In this document: positions 19,703 through 28,773 of the stretch, one piece after another
Layout of the letters: each line of letters opens with the position of its first letter
Position numbering within the stretch: the stretch's first letter is position 1
Origin: Desulfobacterales bacterium
Lineage (GTDB): Bacteria; Desulfobacterota; Desulfobacteria; Desulfobacterales; UBA5852
Reading direction: 5' to 3'
Length of the DNA: 64,000 nucleotides
NCBI GenBank assembly: GCA_963674755.2
Contig: CAXXVS010000002.1
Location: 1,920,001 to 1,984,000, forward strand
Made by a program: the position numbers and the translations under genes
Notes under the pieces: model-generated
Told to the model about the DNA's origin: nothing
What the model saw: only the letters and a program-made list of their open reading frames with translations
Database searches by the model: none

Positions 19703-22241
19703 CCAAAACCCTCCGCACGGCCAGGGACAAATCTGTCCGGCTCAGTGGCTTGTTCAAAAACTTCCAGGTCCCCTCGCGCTGCGCCGCCCGTCCCAGATTT
19801 TCGAGTTTCATCCCCGTGTAAAGAATGACCGGCAGATCGGGACGCAGCGCCTGCAACCGCTGGCCGAGGTCAAGACCGTTCAGGTCCGGCATATTGTAAT
19901 CGAGCAAGGCGAGATCGAAACCGTCCGGATCACGCTGGAAAAAGGCCAGCGCCTGCGGACTGTCGAGGAAAAGACGCACCCGATAGCCCAAACCGGACAG
20001 GATCCTTTTGATAATATCCCCCAGGACCGGCTCGTCATCGACCACCAAAATGGCTTCGGATCCTTCGGGCAGGGGTAAGGCGGTTTCGGTCAGGGCGACG
20101 ATATCCGGATGACTCAGACTCGGCAGCAGGACCTGGAAGGTCGTCCCGTTTCCCACCGCGCTGCTCACATAGACGCCCCCCTCGTGCCCCTGGACGATGC
20201 CATGCACGACGGAGAGTCCCAGGCCCGTCCCCTGCCCGACACCCTTGGTCGTAAAAAAAGGGTCGAAAATGCGGTGGAGCTGTTCCTGCGGAATACCGCA
20301 TCCGGTGTCACTGACCGTGAGCAGGGCGTAGGGTCCGGCTTTCAACTCCGGAAAGGCACCGCCCGCGTCCAGGATCTCTTCTTCGGTCAGGGCGATGCGG
20401 ATGACACCACCGCCCGGCGCCATGGCGTGGGCGGCATTGGTACAGAGGTTCAACAAAACCTGCTGCATCTGGGTCGGGTCGGCCATCACGGTGCCGTCGG
20501 TGGCGTCCAGGCGTGTCTGAATCGTCACCGCGGCCGGCAGCGTGGACGCCAGGAATTTGACCACCTCCTTGATAAAGGGCCTTAGCATCAGAGGCTTCGG
20601 TTCGCTTTCATCCTGCCGGCTGAAGGTCAGGATCTGCCGCACCAGGGCTTTGGCCCGCATGCCGGCGTCGACCACCTTTTCCAGATCGTCGCGGGCGAGA
20701 CTGTTGGCGGGAATTTGATCCATGGCCAGTTCGCTGCATCCGATGATCACGCCCAGCATATTGTTGAAATCGTGGGCGATGCCGCCGGCCAACGTGCCGA
20801 TGGCTTCCATTTTCTGGGTCTGGCGCAGTTGGGCCTCGAAGCGCAGCTTTTCGGTCACGTCCCGACTGACCGCGGCACAGCTGATAAACCGGCCGGAGGC
20901 GCTTTTAATGGGCGAGACCGTCGTTTCCATGATAATTTCGCTGCCGTCCTCCTTGCGGTTGGAAAAGGTCCCGGTCCAGACCCGGCCCTGGGTGGCGGTG
21001 TCAAAAGCCTCACGGTAGCGCATCACGTTGCGCTGATCCGCCCCCAGAAAATCGGGCTGGCGGCCGAGGGCCTCCTCCCTGCGGAAGCCTGTCGTCGTCT
21101 CGAAGGCCGGGTTGACGTAATCGATTTCACCCCGGTCGTTGGTAATGATGATGGTGTCCGCCACTTGAACGACAGCGGCCGATAGCCGGCGCAGTTCGGC
21201 CTCGGCGTTTTTGCGGTGGGTAATATCCTGGACCATGCCTTCGATGTGCCGCAAAGCCCCCTGGGCATCGTAAACCGCCCGGCCGTTGATGAGCACCCAG
21301 ATCCGGCGGCCGTCCCTGCGAACCATCCGGGTTTCGAAGGACTGGAGCGTTTTGCTGTCCAGAATCGAGCGGATCATGCGCTGCCGGTCGGCCGGCTGGG
21401 CCCAGTGCTGGGATGCGATGTCGGTGGTTTGGGCAATCACCTGCTCAGGGGAATCATAGCCCAAAATAGCGGCATAGGCGGGGTTGGCACTCAGGATCCG
21501 CCCTTCGCGCGTGGACTGGTAGATGCCCTCCAGGGCGTTTTCAAAGATACTCCGGTATTTCTTTTCGGCCTTCTGAATCGTGGTGAGTTGCAGCTGAATG
21601 CGCCGCCCCATCTGGTGGAGGGTATCGACCAGCGAACGGAATTCGGCGTGGTGCGCCTCGGGCGGCAGCCCCTCATAATGCCCCGCGGCATAAGCGTTGA
21701 CCACGGCATTGAGCCGATCCAGCGGTCTTTTCAGCAGGGTGCGCAGCATGATGCCGGTCAGCAGAGCCAACGCGGCGATATTGAGAATGATGGTCAGGCC
21801 GAATGATCCGAAGAGCTGACGCGTAAAGCGGCTGATGTACCCATGGGTCAGCACGATCCGCACCCTGCCGATGGGGATACCGAGCCGCGAGAGGGTCACG
21901 CTGCGCTCGAAGGATGAGGAGGCTTCCGGTTTGGCCATGGCGATGTCGAGCAGTCCGCGTTTGTCCTGAACCTGGATGCCCATGATCAGATCGTTCTGGA
22001 GATAGGTCCGGCAGACCGCATTGATGGTTTCGTAATCGTAGTTCCACAAGGGGGTCACGAGGGTATCCTTGAGGAAGGCCACGTATTCGTCCGCTTTGGC
22101 CTGCAGCTCGGACTGGGCCTTGTGCTTGGCCGTGTAGTAGGCTGTGACAAAGGCGATGGAGGAGACCAGCGCCGCAATCAGGATAAGCCCGAGGGTCAAA
22201 TCCTTGGATAGGGAGCGGGGGGATGCTTTCAGGATGCCCAT
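19689..22241 (-). CDS. Hybrid sensor histidine kinase (TM, HAMP, 2 PAS, kinase, receiver)
   Basis: GGIAHDFNN, NLCTNA, DTGCG, FDPFFTTK..GTGLGL, C-terminal receiver. Confidence 0.93.
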   Translation of the reverse strand: MGILKASPRSLSKDLTLGLILIAALVSSIAFVTAYYTAKHKAQSELQAKADEYVAFLKDTLVTPLWNYDYETINAVCRTYLQNDLIMGIQVQDKRGLLDIAMAKPEASSSFERSVTLSRLGIPIGRVRIVLTHGYISRFTRQLFGSFGLTIILNIAALALLTGIMLRTLLKRPLDRLNAVVNAYAAGHYEGLPPEAHHAEFRSLVDTLHQMGRRIQLQLTTIQKAEKKYRSIFENALEGIYQSTREGRILSANPAYAAILGYDSPEQVIAQTTDIASQHWAQPADRQRMIRSILDSKTLQSFETRMVRRDGRRIWVLINGRAVYDAQGALRHIEGMVQDITHRKNAEAELRRLSAAVVQVADTIIITNDRGEIDYVNPAFETTTGFRREEALGRQPDFLGADQRNVMRYREAFDTATQGRVWTGTFSNRKEDGSEIIMETTVSPIKSASGRFISCAAVSRDVTEKLRFEAQLRQTQKMEAIGTLAGGIAHDFNNMLGVIIGCSELAMDQIPANSLARDDLEKVVDAGMRAKALVRQILTFSRQDESEPKPLMLRPFIKEVVKFLASTLPAAVTIQTRLDATDGTVMADPTQMQQVLLNLCTNAAHAMAPGGGVIRIALTEEEILDAGGAFPELKAGPYALLTVSDTGCGIPQEQLHRIFDPFFTTKGVGQGTGLGLSVVHGIVQGHEGGVYVSSAVGNGTTFQVLLPSLSHPDIVALTETALPLPEGSEAILVVDDEPVLGDIIKRILSGLGYRVRLFLDSPQALAFFQRDPDGFDLALLDYNMPDLNGLDLGQRLQALRPDLPVILYTGMKLENLGRAAQREGTWKFLNKPLSRTDLSLAVRRVLDEKR

Positions 22242-22304
22242 CGATCAGCCGTCCTTTCATCGATCAGCTTGCTGCCACCGGCGGATCGGGATTCTGCCGT
22301 GCCG

Positions 22305-23471
22305 TCAAATGAAACGTTTCATGAGCTCGTCGATGGCCGCATCCACATTGCCGGCATGGATCCCGTACTGCCGGCAGGCCTGCGCCACCCGGTCCCGTCG
22401 ATCAGGTACCGCCAAGTCCGCCAGGCGGGTGAAAAGCCCCAGGCGGCGGCCCACCTGGTAGAGGACCTGCTCTTCCGGGGGCAAGGCCAGGAAATCCCGG
22501 ATGACCCGGGTCATGGCGGCTTTGTCCGCGGGCAGGCGGCCTTCCACCTCCTGGAAGAGATTGAGAATGTGGTCGCTCTTGATAATGCTGGAAATCCCCT
22601 CCAGATGTTCCAGGAAGAGCAGGGTTTCTTCCGCCATTTCACGGTCCGTCAGTTTGACGAAACGACCGGCCGCGGAATCCTCGTAGAGCGCGGTGTGGTT
22701 GGGAATGGCCAGGGTGCGCAGCCGGATGAAATCCGGATCGATCTGATTGAGGGCCTCGGCGGTCTCCAGGGCGTGCTCCCGGGAGAGATCCCGCCCCCCC
22801 AGGCCCGGCATGACGTATTCGGAGAGTTCCATCCCGGCCTGTTTGATCTTGCGGCCGGCCTTGATGTGAACGGCCTTGCTGACCCCCTTTTGCATGCGGG
22901 CCAGCACCCGGTCCGATCCGGATTCCAGCCCGATATGGATGCGGTTCAGACCGGCATCGGCATAAGCGCGCAAGTCCTCTCCTGCGATGCGGGCCACGGT
23001 GTGGGAACGGGCATAGGAGGTGATGCGTTCCACCGAGGGGAAACAGGCGCGCAAACGGGCCAGGACCTGCTTCAGGTCCTCCGGTTTGATGATCAGGCTG
23101 TTGGCGTCCTGGAGAAAAATGGAACGCATGCCGCCGGAGAACCAGTGCAGGGCCGCCTGGAAAGCGCCGTCGTCGCGCGGGACCACGCTGCTGCCCACCC
23201 GGTGCACATCATCGGGGGTGATGCGCCCTGCCCCGCCGGCTGCCTCCTGCAGGGCCGCGACGTAGCGCTGCACCCGATCGATGTCTTCGATCACATGGGC
23301 AACTGGCCGCAGAGAAAAGCGCCGGCCCTTGTAGACCGGGCAGAAGCGGCAGCGGTTCCAGGGGCAGTTGCGCGTTACACGGATCAGCAGACTGTCAGCT
23401 TCGCTGGGGGGCCGGATGGGACCCTGTTCGAAGCCCTGGTAGCGCTGCTTTTCTTCTCTGCTGGGGATCAT
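22305..23471 (-). CDS. Radical SAM protein of unknown function
   Basis: GPIRPPSEA.S, CPWNRCRFC (CxxxCxxC), FLQDAN, GLESG, SDHILN. Confidence 0.88.
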   Translation of the reverse strand: MIPSREEKQRYQGFEQGPIRPPSEADSLLIRVTRNCPWNRCRFCPVYKGRRFSLRPVAHVIEDIDRVQRYVAALQEAAGGAGRITPDDVHRVGSSVVPRDDGAFQAALHWFSGGMRSIFLQDANSLIIKPEDLKQVLARLRACFPSVERITSYARSHTVARIAGEDLRAYADAGLNRIHIGLESGSDRVLARMQKGVSKAVHIKAGRKIKQAGMELSEYVMPGLGGRDLSREHALETAEALNQIDPDFIRLRTLAIPNHTALYEDSAAGRFVKLTDREMAEETLLFLEHLEGISSIIKSDHILNLFQEVEGRLPADKAAMTRVIRDFLALPPEEQVLYQVGRRLGLFTRLADLAVPDRRDRVAQACRQYGIHAGNVDAAIDELMKRFI

Positions 23472-23583
23472 GATCGTCGTCTCCGCACGGAAAGCGATTG
23501 ATCCCCTTACATATCTTCAGGGTGGCGAAAAGTAAAGAATGCCGGCCGGTGGGCGCAGAAGCGGTCGGTCTATGCGCGCCGCT

Positions 23584-24882
23584 TCAGGGGCGCGCCGCTT
23601 GGCCAGCCGGGGGAGGCGGGGCGGCCGGGAGGGCCTCCTCGCCGGGCGCCGTCTTCTGCCAGCGGAAGCGGATCTTGGCCCCGCCATAGGGGCACTGGTC
23701 CACGCAGCGCAGGCACATGAGGCACTCGGCCATGGGAATCTTCGGCGATATGCCCTCCCGTAAGGCCTCCCGGTCGATAATGCCGGTGGGGCAGATATCG
23801 GCGCATTGCATACAGGAAAACTTCTTGCACTGCCGGGCGCCGATCACGATCTTGATCAGGCCCATGCGCGCGGCCAGGGCCAGCACCGCGCCCACCGGGC
23901 AGAAATAGCGGCACCAGCTCCGGCGCTGGCCCACTTCAAGGGCGGCCACCGCCGGGAAAATCGCCATCTGGACGCCCGCGAGCAGACCGTTGGGGCCGTA
24001 AGAGCGGCACAGGCTGCCGATGGGACAGACCGTACAAAAGGGTTGAAACCCCAGACCGGCACTGGCGCCCACCGCGCCGGCCAGCACCCCGTATTTGATC
24101 ATGCGGTTTTTAAGAAACCGGGGCAATCCGAACGTGGGGGTCACCTTGCCCACCAGGTCGAGCAAAAACCCGAAGGGGCAGATCCAGCCGCAAAACACGC
24201 GCCCCAGCAGCAGGGTCAGCACCATGAGGATCGCCGCCGACCCCAGACCGGTCAGCCACAGGGTCCGGGAGGAGGCCAGGTTCTGCAGAAAACCGGTGGG
24301 GCAGGCCAGGTTGACCGCCCCGGCTCGGAAATAGCAGAAGGTTCCCACGAACACCATCACCAGCAAAAAGAAGGCCAGGGCCTGAACCGGCCAGCGCAGC
24401 AGCCTGATCCAGCCGAAAGCCTTGCCCCGGGTAAGCTTGAGGGCCTTTTCCGGGCATTGCTTTACACATGCCGGGTCGCCGTTGCACAGATCGCACTTTT
24501 CGACGCGGCCGGTCTCCGGATCTTTCAAGGGCGCCGCTTCCGGACAGGCCAGAGCGCACAGGCCGCAGTCCGTGCAAAGACGCCGCTCGATGCGCACGAT
24601 TCCGTCTTCCCCCTTGGCAATGGCACGGGTGGGACAGACCGCCATGCACAGGGGGTCCCGGCAGTGCTGGCAGTAAATGGCAAAGTTTCGGCCGTCCTTC
24701 TCCGCCGTGAGCACACGGATGGCTGCGACCGCCGGGCCGTCCTCCAGGGAATGCCGGTTGGCGCAGGCGGTCACGCATTCGCCGCAGCCCGTACAGCGCG
24801 CCGGATCGAACAGCATCACCGGCGGCCGGCGGGGCAGCTTGCGCTTCCCGGTCCGGGGCCGCAGCTCTTCCATGGTGATCAT
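23584..24882 (-). CDS. Fusion of a 4x[4Fe-4S] DmsB-like ferredoxin and a NapH/MauN-like membrane Fe-S domain
   Basis: N-terminal CTGCGECVTAC, CQHCRDPLCMAVCP, CTDCGLCALACP, CDLC..CVKQCP; then TM helices with GRVFCGWICPFG, WCRYFCPVG and a C-terminal 2x[4Fe-4S]. Start uncertain. Confidence 0.8.
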   Translation of the reverse strand: MITMEELRPRTGKRKLPRRPPVMLFDPARCTGCGECVTACANRHSLEDGPAVAAIRVLTAEKDGRNFAIYCQHCRDPLCMAVCPTRAIAKGEDGIVRIERRLCTDCGLCALACPEAAPLKDPETGRVEKCDLCNGDPACVKQCPEKALKLTRGKAFGWIRLLRWPVQALAFFLLVMVFVGTFCYFRAGAVNLACPTGFLQNLASSRTLWLTGLGSAAILMVLTLLLGRVFCGWICPFGFLLDLVGKVTPTFGLPRFLKNRMIKYGVLAGAVGASAGLGFQPFCTVCPIGSLCRSYGPNGLLAGVQMAIFPAVAALEVGQRRSWCRYFCPVGAVLALAARMGLIKIVIGARQCKKFSCMQCADICPTGIIDREALREGISPKIPMAECLMCLRCVDQCPYGGAKIRFRWQKTAPGEEALPAAPPPPAGQAARP

Positions 24883-24901
24883 CGTTTCGACTCCGTTGGC
24901 T

Positions 24902-25414
24902 CTATCCAGCATCGTGTTTCCGCTGCTCTTGTTGTTGGTCTGGCCGCAGGGAGGGAGCCCCAGCGTTGTGCCGGGCATACCGGTGCTGCCGGCATACGGC
25001 ACAGGTGGCCAGGTAATCCCCGGCGGGATGGCCCAGACGCGCCTGGACAAAGGCCTCCACCGGCCGGGGCACAAAGGGCGTGCCACAGATGGCGCAGGGG
25101 CGGATCTGGTCATCCCGGCCCGTTTCGACGGCCAGCCGGCGCAATCCCTGGATCAGGTCCCGGCAACTGACCCCTTCCGGGCAGACATCGGTGCCGGCAT
25201 TGCATCCGGTGCAGCACCAGATGGCCGGATCCTGGAGAAGGTCGTCGTCCGTCAACGCCCTGCGGATGATGCCCCGGGGCGACATCTCCCACCGGAAGTC
25301 AGGGTACATTTCCACCATGGGGCAGGCCGCCACGCACTTGCCGCACTCCACGCAGCCCCGGGCGCCCGTGGCCGTCAGGATGGCGTCCATTTTTGCTTTC
25401 AGGGATTCGGACAT
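24902..25414 (-). CDS. HdrC-like 2x[4Fe-4S] protein
   Basis: CVECGKCVAACP, SPRGII, IWCCTGCNAGTDVCP; extra C-terminal CxxC pairs. Confidence 0.75.
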   Translation of the reverse strand: MSESLKAKMDAILTATGARGCVECGKCVAACPMVEMYPDFRWEMSPRGIIRRALTDDDLLQDPAIWCCTGCNAGTDVCPEGVSCRDLIQGLRRLAVETGRDDQIRPCAICGTPFVPRPVEAFVQARLGHPAGDYLATCAVCRQHRYARHNAGAPSLRPDQQQEQRKHDAG

Positions 25415-27447
25415 GTCGCCTCCCTGACGATTTGGGCCGCACAGGCCTTGAATTCAGGCACCTCGGAAACCGGGTCCAGAGCATTGTTGGTCAAGGCGTC
25501 GGCCGGCGCTTCGTTAAAATGAAAGGCGGCAAACACCGTCCCCGCAGCCACCTTCGGCACCACCCGGGCCGTGGTCATTATGGCGCCGCGTCGCGTCTCG
25601 ACCCGGATGCGGTCCCCGTCACAGATCCCCCGGCCTTGTGCATCCTGCGGGTTGACCTCCACAAAGGGTCGGTCCACCTCGCGCTGAAGGGACGGGGACC
25701 GTCGCGTCATGGTGCCGGTGTGGTAATGGCAAAACATCCGGCCGGTGATCAGCACCAGCGGATAGCGCTCGTCCGGCATCTCCCGGGGGGGCTGGTAGTC
25801 CGGTACCACGAACAGGCCCCGCCCCCGGGCGAATTGTTCCTGGTGCAGCACGGCCGTCCCTGGATGATTGGTATCCGGACAAGGCCACTGCAAGCCCCCT
25901 GCGTTCAGCCGCCCGTAGCGGATGCCGCCATAGGAGGGCGTCAGCGATGCGATCTCGTCCATGACCGCGGCGCTGTCGGCATAGCTGAAATCCAGGCCCA
26001 GGGCCTGTCCCACCCGGCACAGGATCGTTAAATCGTCCCGGGCGTCTCCCGGCGGATCCACGGCTTTGCGGAGGCGCTGCACCCGGCGCTCGGTATTGGT
26101 AAAGGTGCCCTCCTTTTCGGCAAAGCAGGCCGCCGGCAGCACCAGGTCGGCCAGGCGCGTGGTGTCGGTAGGAAAGATGTCCTGGACCACCAGGAAATCG
26201 AGCCGCTTTAGAAATTCAATGGTGTGCCGCTGGTCGGGGTCGCTCATCACCGGGTTCTCCCCCATGATATAGGCCGCCCGGATCGGGCTTTCGGCAGCAG
26301 CCATGGCCGCGGTCACGGTCAGGCCGGGTTCCGCCGGCAGCGAACCGCCCCATTGCGCTTCGAAGCGGGCCCGCACGCGGTCATCGTCGACCTTCTGGTA
26401 GCCGGGCAGCACATTCGGCAGCCCCCCCATGTCGCAGGCCCCCTGGACATTGCATTGGCCGCGCAGGGGGCAGATGCCGGCCTGGGGCCTGCCCACCTGG
26501 CCGCACATCAGCGCCAGATTGCACACCGCAAATACATTGGCCGTGCCGCACACATGCTGGGTAATGCCCATGCAAAAAACGATCATGGCCGCGGGCGCCC
26601 GGGCGTAATCCTCGGCCACCTGCCGGATCAGCTCCGGCGCCACGCCGCATACCGTTGCGGCCCGCTCCGGCGCCCAATCGTCCAGGTGGGCAGCAAGGGC
26701 CGCCAACCCCTCGGTGCGCTGATCGATAAAGGTCTGGTCCGCCAGTCCGTTGGCCAGGAGGTGATGCATCATGCCGTTAAAAAGCGGGATGTCGGTGCCG
26801 GGCCGCAGGGTCAGATGGAGATCGGCGTTCCTGGCCATTTCCGTGGTCCGGGGATCGATCACCACCAGCCGGGCCCCTTTTTCCCGGGCCCGGTAGATTT
26901 CCCCCATGGCCACCGGAAAGGTCTCGGCCGCGTTGGATCCGACGGCCAGGATGAAATCGGTATTGGCAAAATCCGCCAGGGAATTGGTCATGGCGCCGCT
27001 GCCCAGGGCCCGGCCCATGGCCGCCACGGTGGGGCCGTGGCAAAGACGGGCGCAGTGGTCCACATTGTTGGAACCGAAGCCCCGACGGATCAGCTTCTGG
27101 AACAGGTAGTTCTCCTCGTTGGTGCAGCGGGCCGAGCAGAGGCCGCCCACCGCGCCGGCACCATGGCGCTCCGCCACCTCACCCAGCCGCCCTACCAGGA
27201 CGTCGATGGCCTCGTCCCAGGAAATGTCAACAAAACGCCCGCCCTTTTTCAGCAGGGGTGTCGTCAGCCGGTCCGGATGGTGGATAAATTCGCCGGCCGA
27301 CCAGCCCTTGATGCACAAGGTGCCCTTGGAGACAGGATGCCCCCGGTCCGGCTGGCAGCCCACCACCCGGCCGTCGCGTACCGTCAGGATGAGGCCGCAG
27401 CCGGTACCGCAATAGGGGCAGATGGTTTTTACGAAATCAGGTCCCAT
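25399..27447 (-). CDS. fdhF: Formate dehydrogenase alpha subunit (FdhF type, Cys ligand, no Tat signal)
   Basis: TICPYCGTGC, LCIKG, NNVDHCARLCHGPT, RGQCNVQG, GTFTNTERR, YHTGTMTRR, PEFKACA. Confidence 0.93.
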   Translation of the reverse strand: MGPDFVKTICPYCGTGCGLILTVRDGRVVGCQPDRGHPVSKGTLCIKGWSAGEFIHHPDRLTTPLLKKGGRFVDISWDEAIDVLVGRLGEVAERHGAGAVGGLCSARCTNEENYLFQKLIRRGFGSNNVDHCARLCHGPTVAAMGRALGSGAMTNSLADFANTDFILAVGSNAAETFPVAMGEIYRAREKGARLVVIDPRTTEMARNADLHLTLRPGTDIPLFNGMMHHLLANGLADQTFIDQRTEGLAALAAHLDDWAPERAATVCGVAPELIRQVAEDYARAPAAMIVFCMGITQHVCGTANVFAVCNLALMCGQVGRPQAGICPLRGQCNVQGACDMGGLPNVLPGYQKVDDDRVRARFEAQWGGSLPAEPGLTVTAAMAAAESPIRAAYIMGENPVMSDPDQRHTIEFLKRLDFLVVQDIFPTDTTRLADLVLPAACFAEKEGTFTNTERRVQRLRKAVDPPGDARDDLTILCRVGQALGLDFSYADSAAVMDEIASLTPSYGGIRYGRLNAGGLQWPCPDTNHPGTAVLHQEQFARGRGLFVVPDYQPPREMPDERYPLVLITGRMFCHYHTGTMTRRSPSLQREVDRPFVEVNPQDAQGRGICDGDRIRVETRRGAIMTTARVVPKVAAGTVFAAFHFNEAPADALTNNALDPVSEVPEFKACAAQIVREATCPNP

Positions 27448-28289
27448 GACGTTTCCTCGATGGAATCGGTCCAATCGGGAAGGGCAATCTCCTGCGCCGG
27501 CGCATCGATATAGTTGGCCAGCAGCGGCGACAACCGCTCCGCTTCCGTCCCAGCGTCGTACTGATAGCTGCGCTGCAGGGCGTTTCGCAGGGGAAGCTGC
27601 AGCAGCATCAGCGGGATGCCCACCGGGCAGGCCTCCTGACAGGCGCCGCAGGCCACGCAGGCATCGGCCACATGCATGGCCCGCACCAAATGGAAGGTGA
27701 GCATGTCCGGCGCGATCTCGCCCGGCGCCGTCCACACACGATCCTCCAGTTTGCAGCTCTCGCAATGGCACACCGGACAGGCATTGCGGCAGCCGTAGCA
27801 CTTGATGCAGCGGGAAAACACCTCCTGCCATTTGGCAAGCCGGACGGCACGCTCCCCGCCCAGGTATTGGCGGACCAGGTCGCTGCGGGACAGATCGGCG
27901 CCGGCCGCCTTTTCACCTGCGTCCACCCGGGACGGCCAAGGACGCCGGCACAGGCAGCGCTGGGCCTGGGCGGCTGAGCAGGCCACCCCGATCATGTGCA
28001 GACGTCCGGGATCGAGGCGGTGGCGTTTGCCCAGTTCCACCAGGGCCCGTTCGTCACAGCCCCGGCACACCACTGCCAGGCGGTAACTCTCCGGGGTCTG
28101 GACCAGCACGGACAGCGCGATTTTGGCCAACACCCATTTGGGCTCCAGCACCAGAGCGGCCAGCGCGTCGGCCTTGTCGAAGACCCGGGGCGCCACGCCG
28201 TCCTCATCCCCGGCAAGCCCCAGGACCCCGTCGGCGGTTTGATGTTCGAGTATGTCCCGGGCCATCCCGCGGACCGTATCAAGCGTCAT
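27429..28289 (-). CDS. FdhB/FlxD-like Fe-S subunit
   Basis: RGCDER, CIKCYGCRNACPVCHC, FHLVRAMH, CVACGACQEACPVGIP. Confidence 0.75.
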   Translation of the reverse strand: MTLDTVRGMARDILEHQTADGVLGLAGDEDGVAPRVFDKADALAALVLEPKWVLAKIALSVLVQTPESYRLAVVCRGCDERALVELGKRHRLDPGRLHMIGVACSAAQAQRCLCRRPWPSRVDAGEKAAGADLSRSDLVRQYLGGERAVRLAKWQEVFSRCIKCYGCRNACPVCHCESCKLEDRVWTAPGEIAPDMLTFHLVRAMHVADACVACGACQEACPVGIPLMLLQLPLRNALQRSYQYDAGTEAERLSPLLANYIDAPAQEIALPDWTDSIEETSWDLIS

Positions 28290-28773
28290 CGCCCCAACCT
28301 CCAAGGACAGGGTCCGTCTTCGTCACCCGGCACGTCAGGGCGGACAGGGCCGCTATCCGCTGGGAAAAGCGCCGCATCAGGGCCGCGAACTGGTGGCCTT
28401 CATGGGCGGTCCCGAAACTGGTCAACAGCCGGTCCGCGCCGATCCCCACGGTTTCGAGCAGGGTGGTCAGCAGGGCCATGCGTTTGGCCGCGGCATGGTT
28501 GGCCCGGTTGTAGCGGCAGCCGTCCAGGTGACAGCCCAGGACCGCCACCCCCTCCGCCCCGGCGGAAAAAGCCTTGAGGATGACATCCGGATCGACCCCG
28601 GCGGCGCATTCCACCGGCACGCAGCGGAAACCCGCCGGCATGGGCAGCCGTTGCCGCCCGGCCTCGTCCGCGCCGATCCCGGAACACCACCGGCAGGCAA
28701 AGACCAGGATTTTCGGATCGGCCCCATCCTGGGGTCGGTTTGCGATCGTTTTTTCGGTGACGCATGCGGTCAT
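28279..28773 (-). CDS. mvhD: MvhD-like [2Fe-2S] subunit (Cys, no Sec)
   Basis: KILVFACRWC, VPVEC, GAEGVAVLGCHLDGCRY; ATGA overlap with the hdrA stop. Confidence 0.88.
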   Translation of the reverse strand: MTACVTEKTIANRPQDGADPKILVFACRWCSGIGADEAGRQRLPMPAGFRCVPVECAAGVDPDVILKAFSAGAEGVAVLGCHLDGCRYNRANHAAAKRMALLTTLLETVGIGADRLLTSFGTAHEGHQFAALMRRFSQRIAALSALTCRVTKTDPVLGGWGDDA

